A DNA stretch of 64,000 nt from a virus (IMGVR_UViG_2881096153_000005:1-64000), one strand, 5' to 3'; positions 19,873-29,988 are shown, counted from the stretch's first letter. Made by a program: numbers and translations. The notes: generated from the letters alone by a model not told the origin.

Positions 19873-20301
19873 TTACCTAAAAAGCAAGGTAAAATCATAC
19901 ATTGTTTTAGATCCAACTCCAACTGGACAACATACCCCTCCTACCTTTATTCCGTTTTCGTAATAAATAAAATCTTTATACTTTGTAGGAAAGTCCAAGT
20001 TATGAGAAAATGAGATATCAACAGATACTGCATCATAGCCCTTTGGTACATCTACTACAAATTCATAATTACCTTCTTCATTAGTATATGTCTTTCCCAG
20101 TGGAATGCCCGACTTATTCAATCCAGCGGAATTCAAGTGGATCAACACGCTATCGACCGGCTGTTGCGCCTCGTCGATCACCCGACCCGTGACGGTGGTG
20201 ACGCGCTTGCCGGGACCACCAAGTTGGCAATCAGTCAAGCATAATATAATCAGTAAAATATAGAAAGTAAGCAAAAAGCCCTGGGTCTGTTTCAATTTCA
20301 T
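19873..20301 (-). CDS. Putative exported/lipoprotein with a small beta-sandwich
   Basis: Hydrophobic N-terminus ending LCLTDC; TVTGRVID...TNEEGNYEF. Confidence 0.6.
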   Translation of the reverse strand: MKLKQTQGFLLTFYILLIILCLTDCQLGGPGKRVTTVTGRVIDEAQQPVDSVLIHLNSAGLNKSGIPLGKTYTNEEGNYEFVVDVPKGYDAVSVDISFSHNLDFPTKYKDFIYYENGIKVGGVCCPVGVGSKTMYDFTLLFR

Positions 20302-20413
20302 ACTGGGTGGATTTTAGAAACTTTGTAAATGTAAAAAATTGGTAACTTATAAAGGGTAACCTTATCAAAAAATTTGGCGCCAGATTTTTCTGATTCCTGA
20401 GCTCAGTTTTTCT

Positions 20414-20448
20414 GTCCTTCCCTCCCCCGTTTCCTACATTGATATTCG
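20414..20448 (+). promoter_or_regulatory. Putative phage late promoter of tape-measure gene 1
   Basis: GTCC then GATATTCG 27 nt later; hairpin TCGTACACT/AGTGTACGA at 20446-20467. Confidence 0.55.
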
Positions 20449-20472
20449 TACACTACCTAGTGTACGATAGCC

Positions 20473-23400
20473 ATGAATTTAGAGGAAGTAGCCCGCCTGA
20501 GGCTCGAAATCCTGGGTGACGAAGCCCAAAAGACCGTTCAGAACCTGGAATCAGGCCTTAGAGATGTTAACTCCGAGCTCCGTCTTATGGAGCTCAATGG
20601 GGAGAAGGGCTCCGATGCCTGGAAAGAGCTCAAAAAGGTTCAGGCAGATGTAAAGGATGAAATAAAAGACCTCACCAAAGCCCTTGACATCAATGATGCC
20701 TCCTGGCGGGAGCTTTCCAGCCTTAGTAAACAGCTTGGGCGAGATCTTGCCAACCTGAAAATCGGCTCGGAAGAATGGGTCGATAAGCTTAAAGAGATCG
20801 CTCAGGTTGAAGACCGCATGAAAGACGTGCGGTCTGAAATGCGGAAGATCAAGGACGAAGGAGAAGATCAAAAAGGCTTCTGGGATACTTTCAAGGGCAC
20901 CTTTTTCGGAGCCTTTGCCGCAGACATGCTCATGCAGGCGGGTCAGGCTATCTGGGATTTTGGTAAAAAAGCCATTCAAACTGCCGCCGAATACTCCGAC
21001 TCTTTTGCGGATATTCAAAAAACTACCGGTCAAACCAACGCCGAAGTACGAGAGCTCAACGAACAACTTCAAGGCATCAATACCCGAACCGCTCAGCTCG
21101 ACCTTTTGAATATTGCTCAGGTAGGTGGTCAAATAGGCATTGCCAAAGAAGAAATGTTCGGCTTCGTCGATGCGATCGACAAAGCGGTGGTTGCCCTGGG
21201 CGATGAATTCAGCGGGGGCGCTGAGCAGGTAGCCAAAGAAATGGGTGTGCTGGCTAACCTGTTCAAAGAAACCAAAGATTTGGAAGCCGGTGAAGCCATT
21301 CTTCGGATCGGCTCCGCAGTCAACGAACTTGGCGCGGCTGGCCTGGCCACCGGTCCCTATCTATCAGATTTTACGGCTCGACTTGGGGCGTTGGGTGATT
21401 TGGCGCCCAAAGTTACCGAGTCGCTTGCCTTCGGATCCATCTTCGAGGAGCTGGGCTTAACCTCCGAAATCGCCGCGTCCGGATTAACCAAGGTGCTGAC
21501 TGTCGGAGCTACCGAATCGGAGAAATTTGCCCGGGGTATGAACCTGGCCAAAAGTGAGGTGGAGAACCTGATCAATACCAATCCGAATGAATTTATCCTA
21601 AAACTTGCCGAAAGCTTTGAGGGGCTATCGACTACCGAGGTAGCCGCTAAGATGAAAGATCTTGGGCTGAACTCTCAGGAAGCTATCAAAGTGATGGGCG
21701 TTTTGGCTGAAAACACGGATCTGGTCCGGGAAAAGCAGGAGCTTTCAAGCAAAGCCTTTCAGGAAGCTACCTCGCTGACTAACGAATTCAACATCAAGAA
21801 TGAAACATTTGCCGCGACCTTAGATAAGGCCGGGAAAGCGGTTGAAGAGCTTGAAGTTAGTCTGGGTCAGGTTCTCATCCCGATCGTCACGACACTAGTT
21901 ACCAGTTTCGTTGCCCTGTTAAAAGGAATTGGTGCCATTCCAGAATTTGTCCGCGAAAATAAGGAAATGTTTATCGCCTTGGGTGTCGCATTAGTAGGCC
22001 TCAATACGGCAAATATTGCGGCAACCGCTTCATCTCTCGCCCATGCAGCCGCAGAAAAAGGCAGATTGATCTGGACAGAAGCAGCGACCGTTGCTCAATG
22101 GGCGATGAACATCGCATTAAATGCAAACCCAATAGGAGCGGTAGTTGCTGCAATTTCTGTTCTGGTCGGTGGTTTCATTACGCTATATCAGAATTCAGAG
22201 ACGCTCCGGAACATTATTGACGGTGTATGGGCTGCGATGAAGGAAGGTGTCGAAATTATTCAGGATGTAGCTCAGGCCATTGGACGAGGGTTTGATCAAA
22301 TGCTTGAAAAACTTCCTTTTTTGACAGAAGGTTTGGAGTGGATTGGCGATGTTTCTGATACCATATTAACCGCTTTGGGCGACTCTCTTTCCTGGGTAGG
22401 TAGCAAGATTGGCCAGGTTATTGACTTTTTCGGCGGGCTATACAGTAAAATCTTTGAGGTAGGAAACTCGATTGGTGGAGCCTTGAGTCCAGCTTTTGAT
22501 TTCATTCTTAATGGGTTCGATTTTGTCAAAAAATCAATTACTGACTTCCTGAATTTCATACAAGGCGGAGTTGAAAAGGTATCGGGTTTTCTCAAATCAA
22601 TCACACCGGAAGGATTTACAGAAGCCGGTAAGCTATTTTCTGATGCAGGAAAACGCATTTCTAAATCATTTAATGATGCATTTGCCTCTGAACAGGAAGA
22701 AGGTCACAAGCAACAAAGCGCCCTGAATAAAAAGCAGCTCGACAAAAAGGTTGAAGATGAAAAAAAAGCGTCGGGTATCATCACCGAGAATGACAAACAA
22801 ACCCATCAAAAAGGACTTTCGGAAAAAGGAAATGCCAACAAAAAAGCCAATGACGAAAGGATAAAGGCCAATGAGGATGCCTTGAAAAGCATTGCCAAGC
22901 TGGAAGTAACGGCTATTGCTGATGATTTGAAAAGGAATATAGCCAATGAAAATGCAAAGTATGCCGAAGAGAAAAAGCGGATCGAGAAGTCAAAGGCGGA
23001 CGCCGTTCTGAAAGCCAAATGGCTGGAAGCGCTCGAAAAAGAGCATACCGCCAAAATTGAGAAAATCAATGGCGATTTTCGGACAAAGAAAGAAAAGGCT
23101 GATCAGCAAACGGCTCAGAAAATTGACGCCATGGAAGCTAAATATCAGGCCGATGATCTGAAAAGAAAGATTGCCTCCATTGAAGCTTCGGCCAAAAAAG
23201 ATCTGGAAGAAGCCCAAAAGCTGGTGAAGGATAAGGATCAGCTGGCCAAACTCGAAGTTGCCATCAATACAAAAAAGGAACAGGATATTGCCGCTACCCG
23301 CGACAAGTTCCGGAAGGAAACGGAAGTCAAAGAAAAAGCGGCCCGTGATCTTAAACTGAAAGAAGAAAAATCGCTTTTTGATTCGGAATTTAAAGCATTT

Positions 23401-24981
23401 CAGGCCAAGACCGAAGCACAGCTGGCCAATACCAGGGAAGGATCCAACGCGCAATTGCAGGTCAAAATCAACTCCCTGACGCAGGAGTACGAGTATCGAA
23501 AGCGGAAGCTGTTGATGGAAGCTGCGGACGAAAAGGCTCGACTGGCAGAAAGCATTAAAGATTCGGATGCTAGGGCGGCGGCCATCAAGAATATTGATGA
23601 TCGGCTGACTTCGCAGCTAAAAACCAATGATGCCAATCTGCAGGCCGAAAAGACCAGGCTCCTGGCTGAACAGCACCAGAACCGACTAACCAATACCACG
23701 CAGTTCTTTAATGCTTTGGAAGGTTTGGCCAAAGGGGACTTTAATTCCTTCACAAATTTCCTGTTACAAAAAGTCTCGAACGAGCAGGCAGCCAATCAAA
23801 CAAGGCTAAGAGACTTTGCCACTAAAGGAGCTGAAACGCTGGAAATAGCCGGCCAGGTGGTGCAGGGTATGCAGCAGCTGAACCAGGCATTTCTTGAATC
23901 GCAGCTGAGAAAGATCGAGCGTGAAAAAAACTCTCAATTGGCGAGCTGGGAGGAGCAGTACAAATCAGGCAAAATATCCAAAATTGAATACCAGGTAGGC
24001 GTTGACCGGATCAATGCTCAGGCAGCTGAAAAAGAACGGGCGGAGAAACTGAAAGCCTGGAAGCGCGATCAGGCCATGCAAATTGGGATGGCGATTATTA
24101 ATGCGGCAGCAGCTGCACTCAAATCCCTGGCTACCATGGGCTGGCCATTGGGGCTTATCGGCGTGGCCGCTTCGGCCGTGACTGCGGGGATCCAGATTGC
24201 CATGATCAAAAAACAGCAGCCGCCCAGTTTTGCAGATGGTGGTACGCTCCCTGGAAAAAAATATGTTCGTAATGCCGGTGTTCCGGAAGGGCCGGGACAT
24301 GGATCCAGTTACGGAAAATCGGGTATTGCTTTGGTCAGACGTGATACCCAACAGGAAGTAGGTGAAATGGAAGGGGATGAACCCATCATGATCCTTTCCC
24401 GAAATACCTATAAGAACAACCGAGGGACAATTGACAAATTATTGCACAGCTCGTTGCACCGAAATGGCGCTCCCATCTTTGCCCGGAATGGGGCGTGGCT
24501 GGGTGATGCACCAATTGAGCCGCTGGGCTATGGACAGAGTTACCTGTTTGGGAGCAAGAAAAAGAAGAAAGCCTACGATGCCCAGATGCAGGCCCAATAT
24601 GATGCGGATCAGGCCGCCAAGAATGGTACAACTGCGGGAGGGTATGAAGATTATGCCTACGAGGACTATAATTATGACGATGGCGGCGCTGGTGGAGATT
24701 ACGGGGATTATGGAGACTATGGTGGTAGCGCTGACTATGGAGATGCCAGTGCCACCAATGCGACCACGAGCGCCCAAATCAGGGAAAGTCAGCTGATGAT
24801 GGAGAATATTGCCAAAAACACCGCTCAAACGGTTGGTGCAATCAAGGAGCTGGCCGGTAAAATTGATCAATCAAATTCCCTTTTGAACGACATACGAAAC
24901 AAGCCGATCGGCCCGAGCCTGCATGAAATTCAGGGTGCCGTGGCGTCGGCCACCGCAAATTCTGCTAAATCTGACCTCTAA
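20473..24981 (+). CDS. Tape measure protein (prophage 1)
   Basis: 1502 aa, coiled coils, TP901-like core (FADIQKTTG...), hydrophobic middle, FADGG near the C-terminus. Confidence 0.92.
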   Translation: MNLEEVARLRLEILGDEAQKTVQNLESGLRDVNSELRLMELNGEKGSDAWKELKKVQADVKDEIKDLTKALDINDASWRELSSLSKQLGRDLANLKIGSEEWVDKLKEIAQVEDRMKDVRSEMRKIKDEGEDQKGFWDTFKGTFFGAFAADMLMQAGQAIWDFGKKAIQTAAEYSDSFADIQKTTGQTNAEVRELNEQLQGINTRTAQLDLLNIAQVGGQIGIAKEEMFGFVDAIDKAVVALGDEFSGGAEQVAKEMGVLANLFKETKDLEAGEAILRIGSAVNELGAAGLATGPYLSDFTARLGALGDLAPKVTESLAFGSIFEELGLTSEIAASGLTKVLTVGATESEKFARGMNLAKSEVENLINTNPNEFILKLAESFEGLSTTEVAAKMKDLGLNSQEAIKVMGVLAENTDLVREKQELSSKAFQEATSLTNEFNIKNETFAATLDKAGKAVEELEVSLGQVLIPIVTTLVTSFVALLKGIGAIPEFVRENKEMFIALGVALVGLNTANIAATASSLAHAAAEKGRLIWTEAATVAQWAMNIALNANPIGAVVAAISVLVGGFITLYQNSETLRNIIDGVWAAMKEGVEIIQDVAQAIGRGFDQMLEKLPFLTEGLEWIGDVSDTILTALGDSLSWVGSKIGQVIDFFGGLYSKIFEVGNSIGGALSPAFDFILNGFDFVKKSITDFLNFIQGGVEKVSGFLKSITPEGFTEAGKLFSDAGKRISKSFNDAFASEQEEGHKQQSALNKKQLDKKVEDEKKASGIITENDKQTHQKGLSEKGNANKKANDERIKANEDALKSIAKLEVTAIADDLKRNIANENAKYAEEKKRIEKSKADAVLKAKWLEALEKEHTAKIEKINGDFRTKKEKADQQTAQKIDAMEAKYQADDLKRKIASIEASAKKDLEEAQKLVKDKDQLAKLEVAINTKKEQDIAATRDKFRKETEVKEKAARDLKLKEEKSLFDSEFKAFQAKTEAQLANTREGSNAQLQVKINSLTQEYEYRKRKLLMEAADEKARLAESIKDSDARAAAIKNIDDRLTSQLKTNDANLQAEKTRLLAEQHQNRLTNTTQFFNALEGLAKGDFNSFTNFLLQKVSNEQAANQTRLRDFATKGAETLEIAGQVVQGMQQLNQAFLESQLRKIEREKNSQLASWEEQYKSGKISKIEYQVGVDRINAQAAEKERAEKLKAWKRDQAMQIGMAIINAAAAALKSLATMGWPLGLIGVAASAVTAGIQIAMIKKQQPPSFADGGTLPGKKYVRNAGVPEGPGHGSSYGKSGIALVRRDTQQEVGEMEGDEPIMILSRNTYKNNRGTIDKLLHSSLHRNGAPIFARNGAWLGDAPIEPLGYGQSYLFGSKKKKKAYDAQMQAQYDADQAAKNGTTAGGYEDYAYEDYNYDDGGAGGDYGDYGDYGGSADYGDASATNATTSAQIRESQLMMENIAKNTAQTVGAIKELAGKIDQSNSLLNDIRNKPIGPSLHEIQGAVASATANSAKSDL

Positions 24982-24994
24982 TCGAATTTTATCA

Positions 24995-26404
24995 ATGCTT
25001 CAAATACGAATAAATGGCCACCGGCTGGATCTGAATCCACAGCAAACCATTGTGCTGGAACGTTACAATCCGATTTTTGATTTTGATGTAGTGCGTGGAT
25101 CCAAGGTTCTGGACTTCATGGTCCCTTTTAGTACGGTGAATGACAGGATCTTTGGCTACGCCCGGTTGCCTCAGGTACGATTTACAAATGAGGTTTTTTT
25201 CTGCGAAAAGTATGAAGGATCCGAGCTTCTGGAACGTGGCTACGTTTATCTTTTGGGAGTTTCCGAAACTGGATACTCCATTTCATACAGTCAGAATCTG
25301 GGTGAAATATTCGGAGATTACCAGCGAACACCACTCAATCAAATTGATTTGGGGGAAGAATCCATTCCGGAAGAATTCACAGCGGCTGCAAATCACCTTA
25401 CTGATGCTTACTGTTTGCCAGTCATCTCTAATCCGGCATTTTATGGTACCACCCTCCCACCCGATTTTACGGGCACCATGAACACCTACGAATCCGGCTC
25501 GTACCTGGCCAATACTCCCAAAGTCCCAATGCTGTTTTTGCGGTGGGTCTTCAAGCAGATTGAGATTCTATGCAATTTCAAGATCAAGGGTCAGTTCGTG
25601 GATGACCCGATCATGCAACGCCTGATTCTGGTCAATACTTTCTCATTGGATTCTGCCACGGTCATCAATTACAGCAATCACCTTCCGGAGCTGACGATTC
25701 CTGACCTTTTGAAAGAGCTGCGGAAGCTCTTTAACCTGGCCTTGTTTTTCGATGTACGAAACAGGATCCTGACGATACAGTATGTTGACAATTTGATTCA
25801 GCAGGAGCCAATATTAGACTGGTCCCGAAAATTTGCACCGGTGGCCACGCGCGCACCAGAAAGCGCCCGGCGCTTGGAACTTGACTGGGAAGTCGATAGC
25901 AATGACGGACGAATGAAAGTGCGGCCAGAAGATTTTCAGCTGTACCAATCGCCTGGGGACTCAGCACTATTTGCCATTAAATCCAAATTCAGTACCCTCG
26001 ACACCGACCCGATCAGCGGCCGGCCGACGATGGAACAGCCCGGGATCAGCACGATCAACAACCAAATGAACAACAAATTTGCGCCAAGGCTCCTATTCTG
26101 GAAGGGAGTAATTGAAAGTGAGCCATCTGCCGGAAATGCAGAAGGTGAGTATCGACTTGCCTGGCACGGATCTTCAAATTTGGCAACTAACTTTTGGTCG
26201 GAATATGAAAGTTTTCGAGCCCGGACAGACCGGCGACTGCTCTTCGGTGATCTGACGTCATCAGACGTGGCCAGGATCGATCTACATCGAACGGCCGGAG
26301 AACCCATGAAAGTCTATATTCAAGGCAGAAATTATCTCATCGGGGCGCAGCGGATTGGTCTGCCCCTGCGGGGGCTTTCGGAGGTGGAGCTTTGGGGGGT
26401 GTAA
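24995..26404 (+). CDS. Phage tail (distal/baseplate-hub-like) protein
   Basis: Directly after the tape measure; start at ATG 24995 (MLQIRING). Confidence 0.6.
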   Translation: MLQIRINGHRLDLNPQQTIVLERYNPIFDFDVVRGSKVLDFMVPFSTVNDRIFGYARLPQVRFTNEVFFCEKYEGSELLERGYVYLLGVSETGYSISYSQNLGEIFGDYQRTPLNQIDLGEESIPEEFTAAANHLTDAYCLPVISNPAFYGTTLPPDFTGTMNTYESGSYLANTPKVPMLFLRWVFKQIEILCNFKIKGQFVDDPIMQRLILVNTFSLDSATVINYSNHLPELTIPDLLKELRKLFNLALFFDVRNRILTIQYVDNLIQQEPILDWSRKFAPVATRAPESARRLELDWEVDSNDGRMKVRPEDFQLYQSPGDSALFAIKSKFSTLDTDPISGRPTMEQPGISTINNQMNNKFAPRLLFWKGVIESEPSAGNAEGEYRLAWHGSSNLATNFWSEYESFRARTDRRLLFGDLTSSDVARIDLHRTAGEPMKVYIQGRNYLIGAQRIGLPLRGLSEVELWGV

Positions 26405-26957
26405 GTAATTGATTTTGAAACTTGGAAAGAGAGTCTAATGCTAATTTTTGTTGGCTTACAACTTGCTTTAATGAATCAATTCGAATTTCTACATTTTTTT
26501 GGGAGTTGCTATTTGCTGATGTCTGCCATAGGGCAATTATAGATACGAATACAGCTAAGGCACTAATGAGTGGATTTATCCACCAGAGTTTTTTTGATCT
26601 AAATTCAGCCTCAATTGCTTGGCTTTCCAATAACGATTTTGCCTTTTTCTCATTTTGTCGCCGCGTAATTTCACTTTTGATAGTTACCCAGCCGTCAACT
26701 TTTATTCTTTCACCCAAAGTTGTGTATCTGAAAGAGTTATCAAGGCGATGTTCCAAGATTTCATATTGAATTAGCCAGTCAATTACAGATCTTGCTTCCG
26801 CCTTGGTAATTGAAAAGTTATGAGCAAAGAGGTAATAAAACTGTTCTTCTGTAGTTTTACCTCCACCATTAAAATCTTCAAAAAAGGCAATATACTTTTG
26901 AAGTGATTCATCCTCAGCTGGTAAATCCATTTCAAATTTTTCGTTTTGCTTCTTCAT
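26337..26957 (-). CDS. Moron: membrane-anchored hypothetical protein
   Basis: Start at 26957 (MKKQNEKF); one TM (LWWINPLISALAVFVSIIALW); overlaps both int and the tail gene. Confidence 0.55.
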   Translation of the reverse strand: MKKQNEKFEMDLPAEDESLQKYIAFFEDFNGGGKTTEEQFYYLFAHNFSITKAEARSVIDWLIQYEILEHRLDNSFRYTTLGERIKVDGWVTIKSEITRRQNEKKAKSLLESQAIEAEFRSKKLWWINPLISALAVFVSIIALWQTSANSNSQKNVEIRIDSLKQVVSQQKLALDSLSKFQNQLLTPPKAPPPKAPAGADQSAAPR

Positions 26958-28176
26958 TTTTTTCTTCCGTTCCATAAACTTTATCAGCAAATGCATCATT
27001 TTCCTCTCTTTTGGCCGCAGCAAAATAGTTTTCCGTAACTGAGATCGATGAGTGATCCAATGCTTCCGATACAGCATAAATGTCGCCGGTTTCTTTTCTG
27101 GCAATCTCAGCGAAGCTATGCCTGGCCACATGCATTGAAAAATGTTGTATGCCAGCCTGAGAAGCTATTTTTTTGAGATTTTTCCCAACGATTGAGTTGG
27201 TGGATGATATGATTTTAAACCATTCATCTTGCGTAAATCGGCCTTTCTCTTTCCCTTTAAGGAAAGGAAAGACATAATCATGGGGCTTGACGCCAGGTAT
27301 AGAATAAAATTCAAGTATTTGAGAAGCCCGCTTGTGCAGTCGTATCGAACGTACTTTACCTGTCTTGTTGGCAACGTACTCATATCTGTTTTCTCGAATC
27401 TGTGACCAGGTAAGTTGTACCACGTCAGCGAAGCGGATCCCCTGCATGTAAAAGGAAAAGAGAAAGATATTTTTCGCATGAAAGGCATTGATATCTTTCC
27501 GGATGTCAAGATTGTAGATTTTCTCTATTTCTTCAATACTCAGCTTTACCCGGCTCGACTTCTGTTTTTTGAGCTTGATCATGTCAAAAGGATTTCCTCC
27601 CTCCGGAGTAAAATGACCAGACTCAACAGCTTCATTATAGATCCCTCGTAATTTCGAGAAGTTAGATTGAATGGTATTTGCGCTATTCCCTTTTCCCTTT
27701 AAGTGTTGTCGGTAGCGATTCAACAGCTTGTGATCTATTTCACCAAAGGGCAACTCCTGATTTTTAAGGTAATCTTCCAGTTTTTTAACAACGGACGTCT
27801 GGCCAGCTCTCGACGCTGGGCTATCCAATGCGGCTATATGTGCCTTCGCAAATGTAAAGAAATTGTCACCAAGCAGATTAAATTTGACGGCCTTGATCAA
27901 GGTTTGAACGGTGGTTACCCTACCCTTAACAGTATTCTTTAGATAGGCTTGTTCCAGTTCAATCCTTTTGGCCTTTAAGATGCTGTTCTTCTGCCGATAT
28001 TGCGGATCGCTCTTTCGTATTTCTTCTTTTTCAGGATTCCAATCTTTGGAAAGTACAGAGAATCCTGCACCTACTCTTTTGAGTTTTTTGTTTTGAGTGA
28101 TCCTAATTTGGACAGTTTGGGTACCATCCTTTTTAACGTAATTATCCAGTTCGATGTGAAATGTGATGTTGCTCAT
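26932..28176 (-). CDS. int: Tyrosine integrase (Bacteroidota arm-binding type)
   Basis: MSNITF..DGTQTVQIRITQN arm domain; GIRFAD, HVARHSFA, LDHSS..TENY catalytic residues. Confidence 0.93.
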   Translation of the reverse strand: MSNITFHIELDNYVKKDGTQTVQIRITQNKKLKRVGAGFSVLSKDWNPEKEEIRKSDPQYRQKNSILKAKRIELEQAYLKNTVKGRVTTVQTLIKAVKFNLLGDNFFTFAKAHIAALDSPASRAGQTSVVKKLEDYLKNQELPFGEIDHKLLNRYRQHLKGKGNSANTIQSNFSKLRGIYNEAVESGHFTPEGGNPFDMIKLKKQKSSRVKLSIEEIEKIYNLDIRKDINAFHAKNIFLFSFYMQGIRFADVVQLTWSQIRENRYEYVANKTGKVRSIRLHKRASQILEFYSIPGVKPHDYVFPFLKGKEKGRFTQDEWFKIISSTNSIVGKNLKKIASQAGIQHFSMHVARHSFAEIARKETGDIYAVSEALDHSSISVTENYFAAAKREENDAFADKVYGTEEKNEEAKRKI

Positions 28177-28190
28177 TGAAAGTAAAAAAT

Positions 28191-28414
28191 TCTGAAACTT
28201 TTTCTGAAACTTTTCTGAGTACTGGGCACTTTCAGAAAACACCTAAAAAAGAAAAAACCGCTCAGAAATGAATTCTGAGCGGTTATCAGTCTTGTCACGT
28301 AGTGCCTGATGGCAATAAAGTGACCCATAGGGAGTTATAGCCAATCCAAGGTTATATACTGTATTTCAGGACATTAAAGAACTTTCAAAATAATTCCATG
28401 AAACTTCCATGAAA
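28191..28414. other. attP-like junction: arm-type repeats flanking a tRNA-3'-like core
   Basis: TCTGAAACTT x2 (28191, 28203), TTCCATGAAA x2 (28394-28414), core GTGACCCATAGGG (28320-28332). Confidence 0.55.
28256..28284 (-). terminator. Intrinsic terminator downstream of the att core
   Basis: Perfect 12-bp stem AACCGCTCAGAA/TTCTGAGCGGTT with a U-tract on the minus strand. Confidence 0.7.
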
Positions 28415-28449
28415 TCAAAGCTATTTCACAATTCCAGAATGAACAGTCA

Positions 28450-28995
28450 CTAACCATTGGGAATCTGTACATGGAAAACATCTTTCAAATAACTTGCGAT
28501 TGAGGCGATATTTGCACCAAGTGAGATTAAATCTATCAAGGTTTTAGCATATATTTTGCCTGTTTTCTCTACCTCGCTCTTGGCTGTTCGAAGGGTTTCT
28601 ACAGCTTCACTTTTTTGCGAAGGGTTGAGTTGAGAATCATTCTGTACTTCAATCAAAACCTTTTCCAGATTATTGACTATATGGGTTGTAATATTGATCT
28701 GGGATCCGGTGGATCCTGAGATAATATTGGGGGAGCTGGCATTGCCGAAAAAATTAACTTGGTTACTTTGGCTAGTCTTATTTTCCTTCATCTCTGTTAA
28801 CCATTGTTGGAATCCTTTCTCATGAGCACGATGCCCTTCCATTGTTAATTTCCACTGGTACCTATTTACTTCTGTTATTAAACCAAGCGTCTTTAGGTTA
28901 TTGTGGGCATCGCTGAGATCTGGTCGATTAGCATAAGTTAGAAGGTAAAAGCCTTCATCAATAATTTTTTGCATTAAGTGATTTTCTGAACCCAT
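28450..28995 (-). CDS. Hypothetical accessory protein
   Basis: 181-aa ORF with no recognised family. Confidence 0.6.
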   Translation of the reverse strand: MGSENHLMQKIIDEGFYLLTYANRPDLSDAHNNLKTLGLITEVNRYQWKLTMEGHRAHEKGFQQWLTEMKENKTSQSNQVNFFGNASSPNIISGSTGSQINITTHIVNNLEKVLIEVQNDSQLNPSQKSEAVETLRTAKSEVEKTGKIYAKTLIDLISLGANIASIASYLKDVFHVQIPNG

Positions 28996-29039
28996 GATAT
29001 TTTATAATCAAATTAACTTGTGACCAAAAAAAAGTAACT

Positions 29040-29492
29040 TCACCTCTCTACATTTTGAATCTCACTATCAGATGAGCACAGCTCCTTGCCCGCTTCGAGC
29101 AGGAAGCTGACATCTTTGCCTACGGTTTGTACATCGCCGATCGGGCGCCAGTCGAAGTTGTTGGAACGACCGTAGGAATTTGCCCAGCCGTTAAGAGCAT
29201 AAACCTGGCCACCTTGATCTGCACGAAAAACGATTGCTTTTTCGACACAGTAAACCTCTCCGGACTCAATGCCGATCAAAGGCCAGGCGTGTCCAAAATC
29301 AGCGGCGAAAAATTTTCGTTTGGTTGGTTTTTGTTCTTTGACCTGGCTCTCTTTTTCAGTGGGTATTGCAGCAGCTTCACTGACCACAGGGTTATCAATT
29401 TGATCTTTTGGTTTGTCGCTAAATCTGCCAATCAGGTAAAGGATCACAAGTACCCCTAGTAGATAATAAGGCCATCGTCTTGATTTTTTCAT
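29040..29492 (-). CDS. DUF2511/YebY-like membrane-anchored protein
   Basis: N-terminal TM; FGHAWPL..ESGEVYC...YALNGWA. Confidence 0.65.
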   Translation of the reverse strand: MKKSRRWPYYLLGVLVILYLIGRFSDKPKDQIDNPVVSEAAAIPTEKESQVKEQKPTKRKFFAADFGHAWPLIGIESGEVYCVEKAIVFRADQGGQVYALNGWANSYGRSNNFDWRPIGDVQTVGKDVSFLLEAGKELCSSDSEIQNVER

Positions 29493-29608
29493 CTTAAATA
29501 GGCAAATAGTTATATAGATAGGAAGGGTTACTAATTTTAAATAATACGGTTACATTGGCACCTTTTGTGTATATGTATCCGCGCTAGTTAGGCTTGAAAA
29601 TTAATCCA

Positions 29609-29953
29609 CTAAGAATTTTTGAGCTGTTCAATTTGCTTTTGCTGCGATTTTACTTTTTCCTCCAACATGTTTTTTGCTATGCGTTGAAGATCAAGTAGTT
29701 CATTGATCGGTATGGTCACATAACCAGCTTCTGGCTCAGCACTCACAGTTGGTTTTGGTAGCTCTACTCCCCGAAATAGCCAATCCATAGAAACGTTGTA
29801 TTTCTCACAGATTTTCATTGCCAAATCTACCGATGGGGTTGAATTCCCTGTCTCGATCTTGGAGATCTGCTGTCCTGACACGCCCAATTCTGCCCCAAAT
29901 TCTGTAAGGTTTTTTTCGCCTCTCAGTTGACGAATTCGCTTTGAAATAGACAT
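29609..29953 (-). CDS. cI-like XRE HTH repressor
   Basis: RIRQLRGEKNLTEFGAELGVSGQQISKIETGNSTPS; divergent from the early operon. Confidence 0.88.
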   Translation of the reverse strand: MSISKRIRQLRGEKNLTEFGAELGVSGQQISKIETGNSTPSVDLAMKICEKYNVSMDWLFRGVELPKPTVSAEPEAGYVTIPINELLDLQRIAKNMLEEKVKSQQKQIEQLKNS

Positions 29954-29988
29954 CTGATTTTATTTAGATTTAGTCTTAATACAAATTA

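Larger units (their letters stand above)
1..28332. mobile_element. Prophage 1 (right part; left end outside window)
   Basis: Lysis genes, tail genes, tape measure and integrase, ending at an att-like junction upstream of int. Confidence 0.8.

Noticed and set aside
22624-22632. GCCGGTAAG matches in the tape-measure genes (also 63541) as trans targets of the structured RNA
   Set aside because: Same sense as the RNA, not complementary, and explained by Ala-Gly-Lys codons
26404-26932. att site downstream of the integrase (lambda-style)
   Set aside because: The tail gene, moron and int overlap with no intergenic gap; att features are upstream of int
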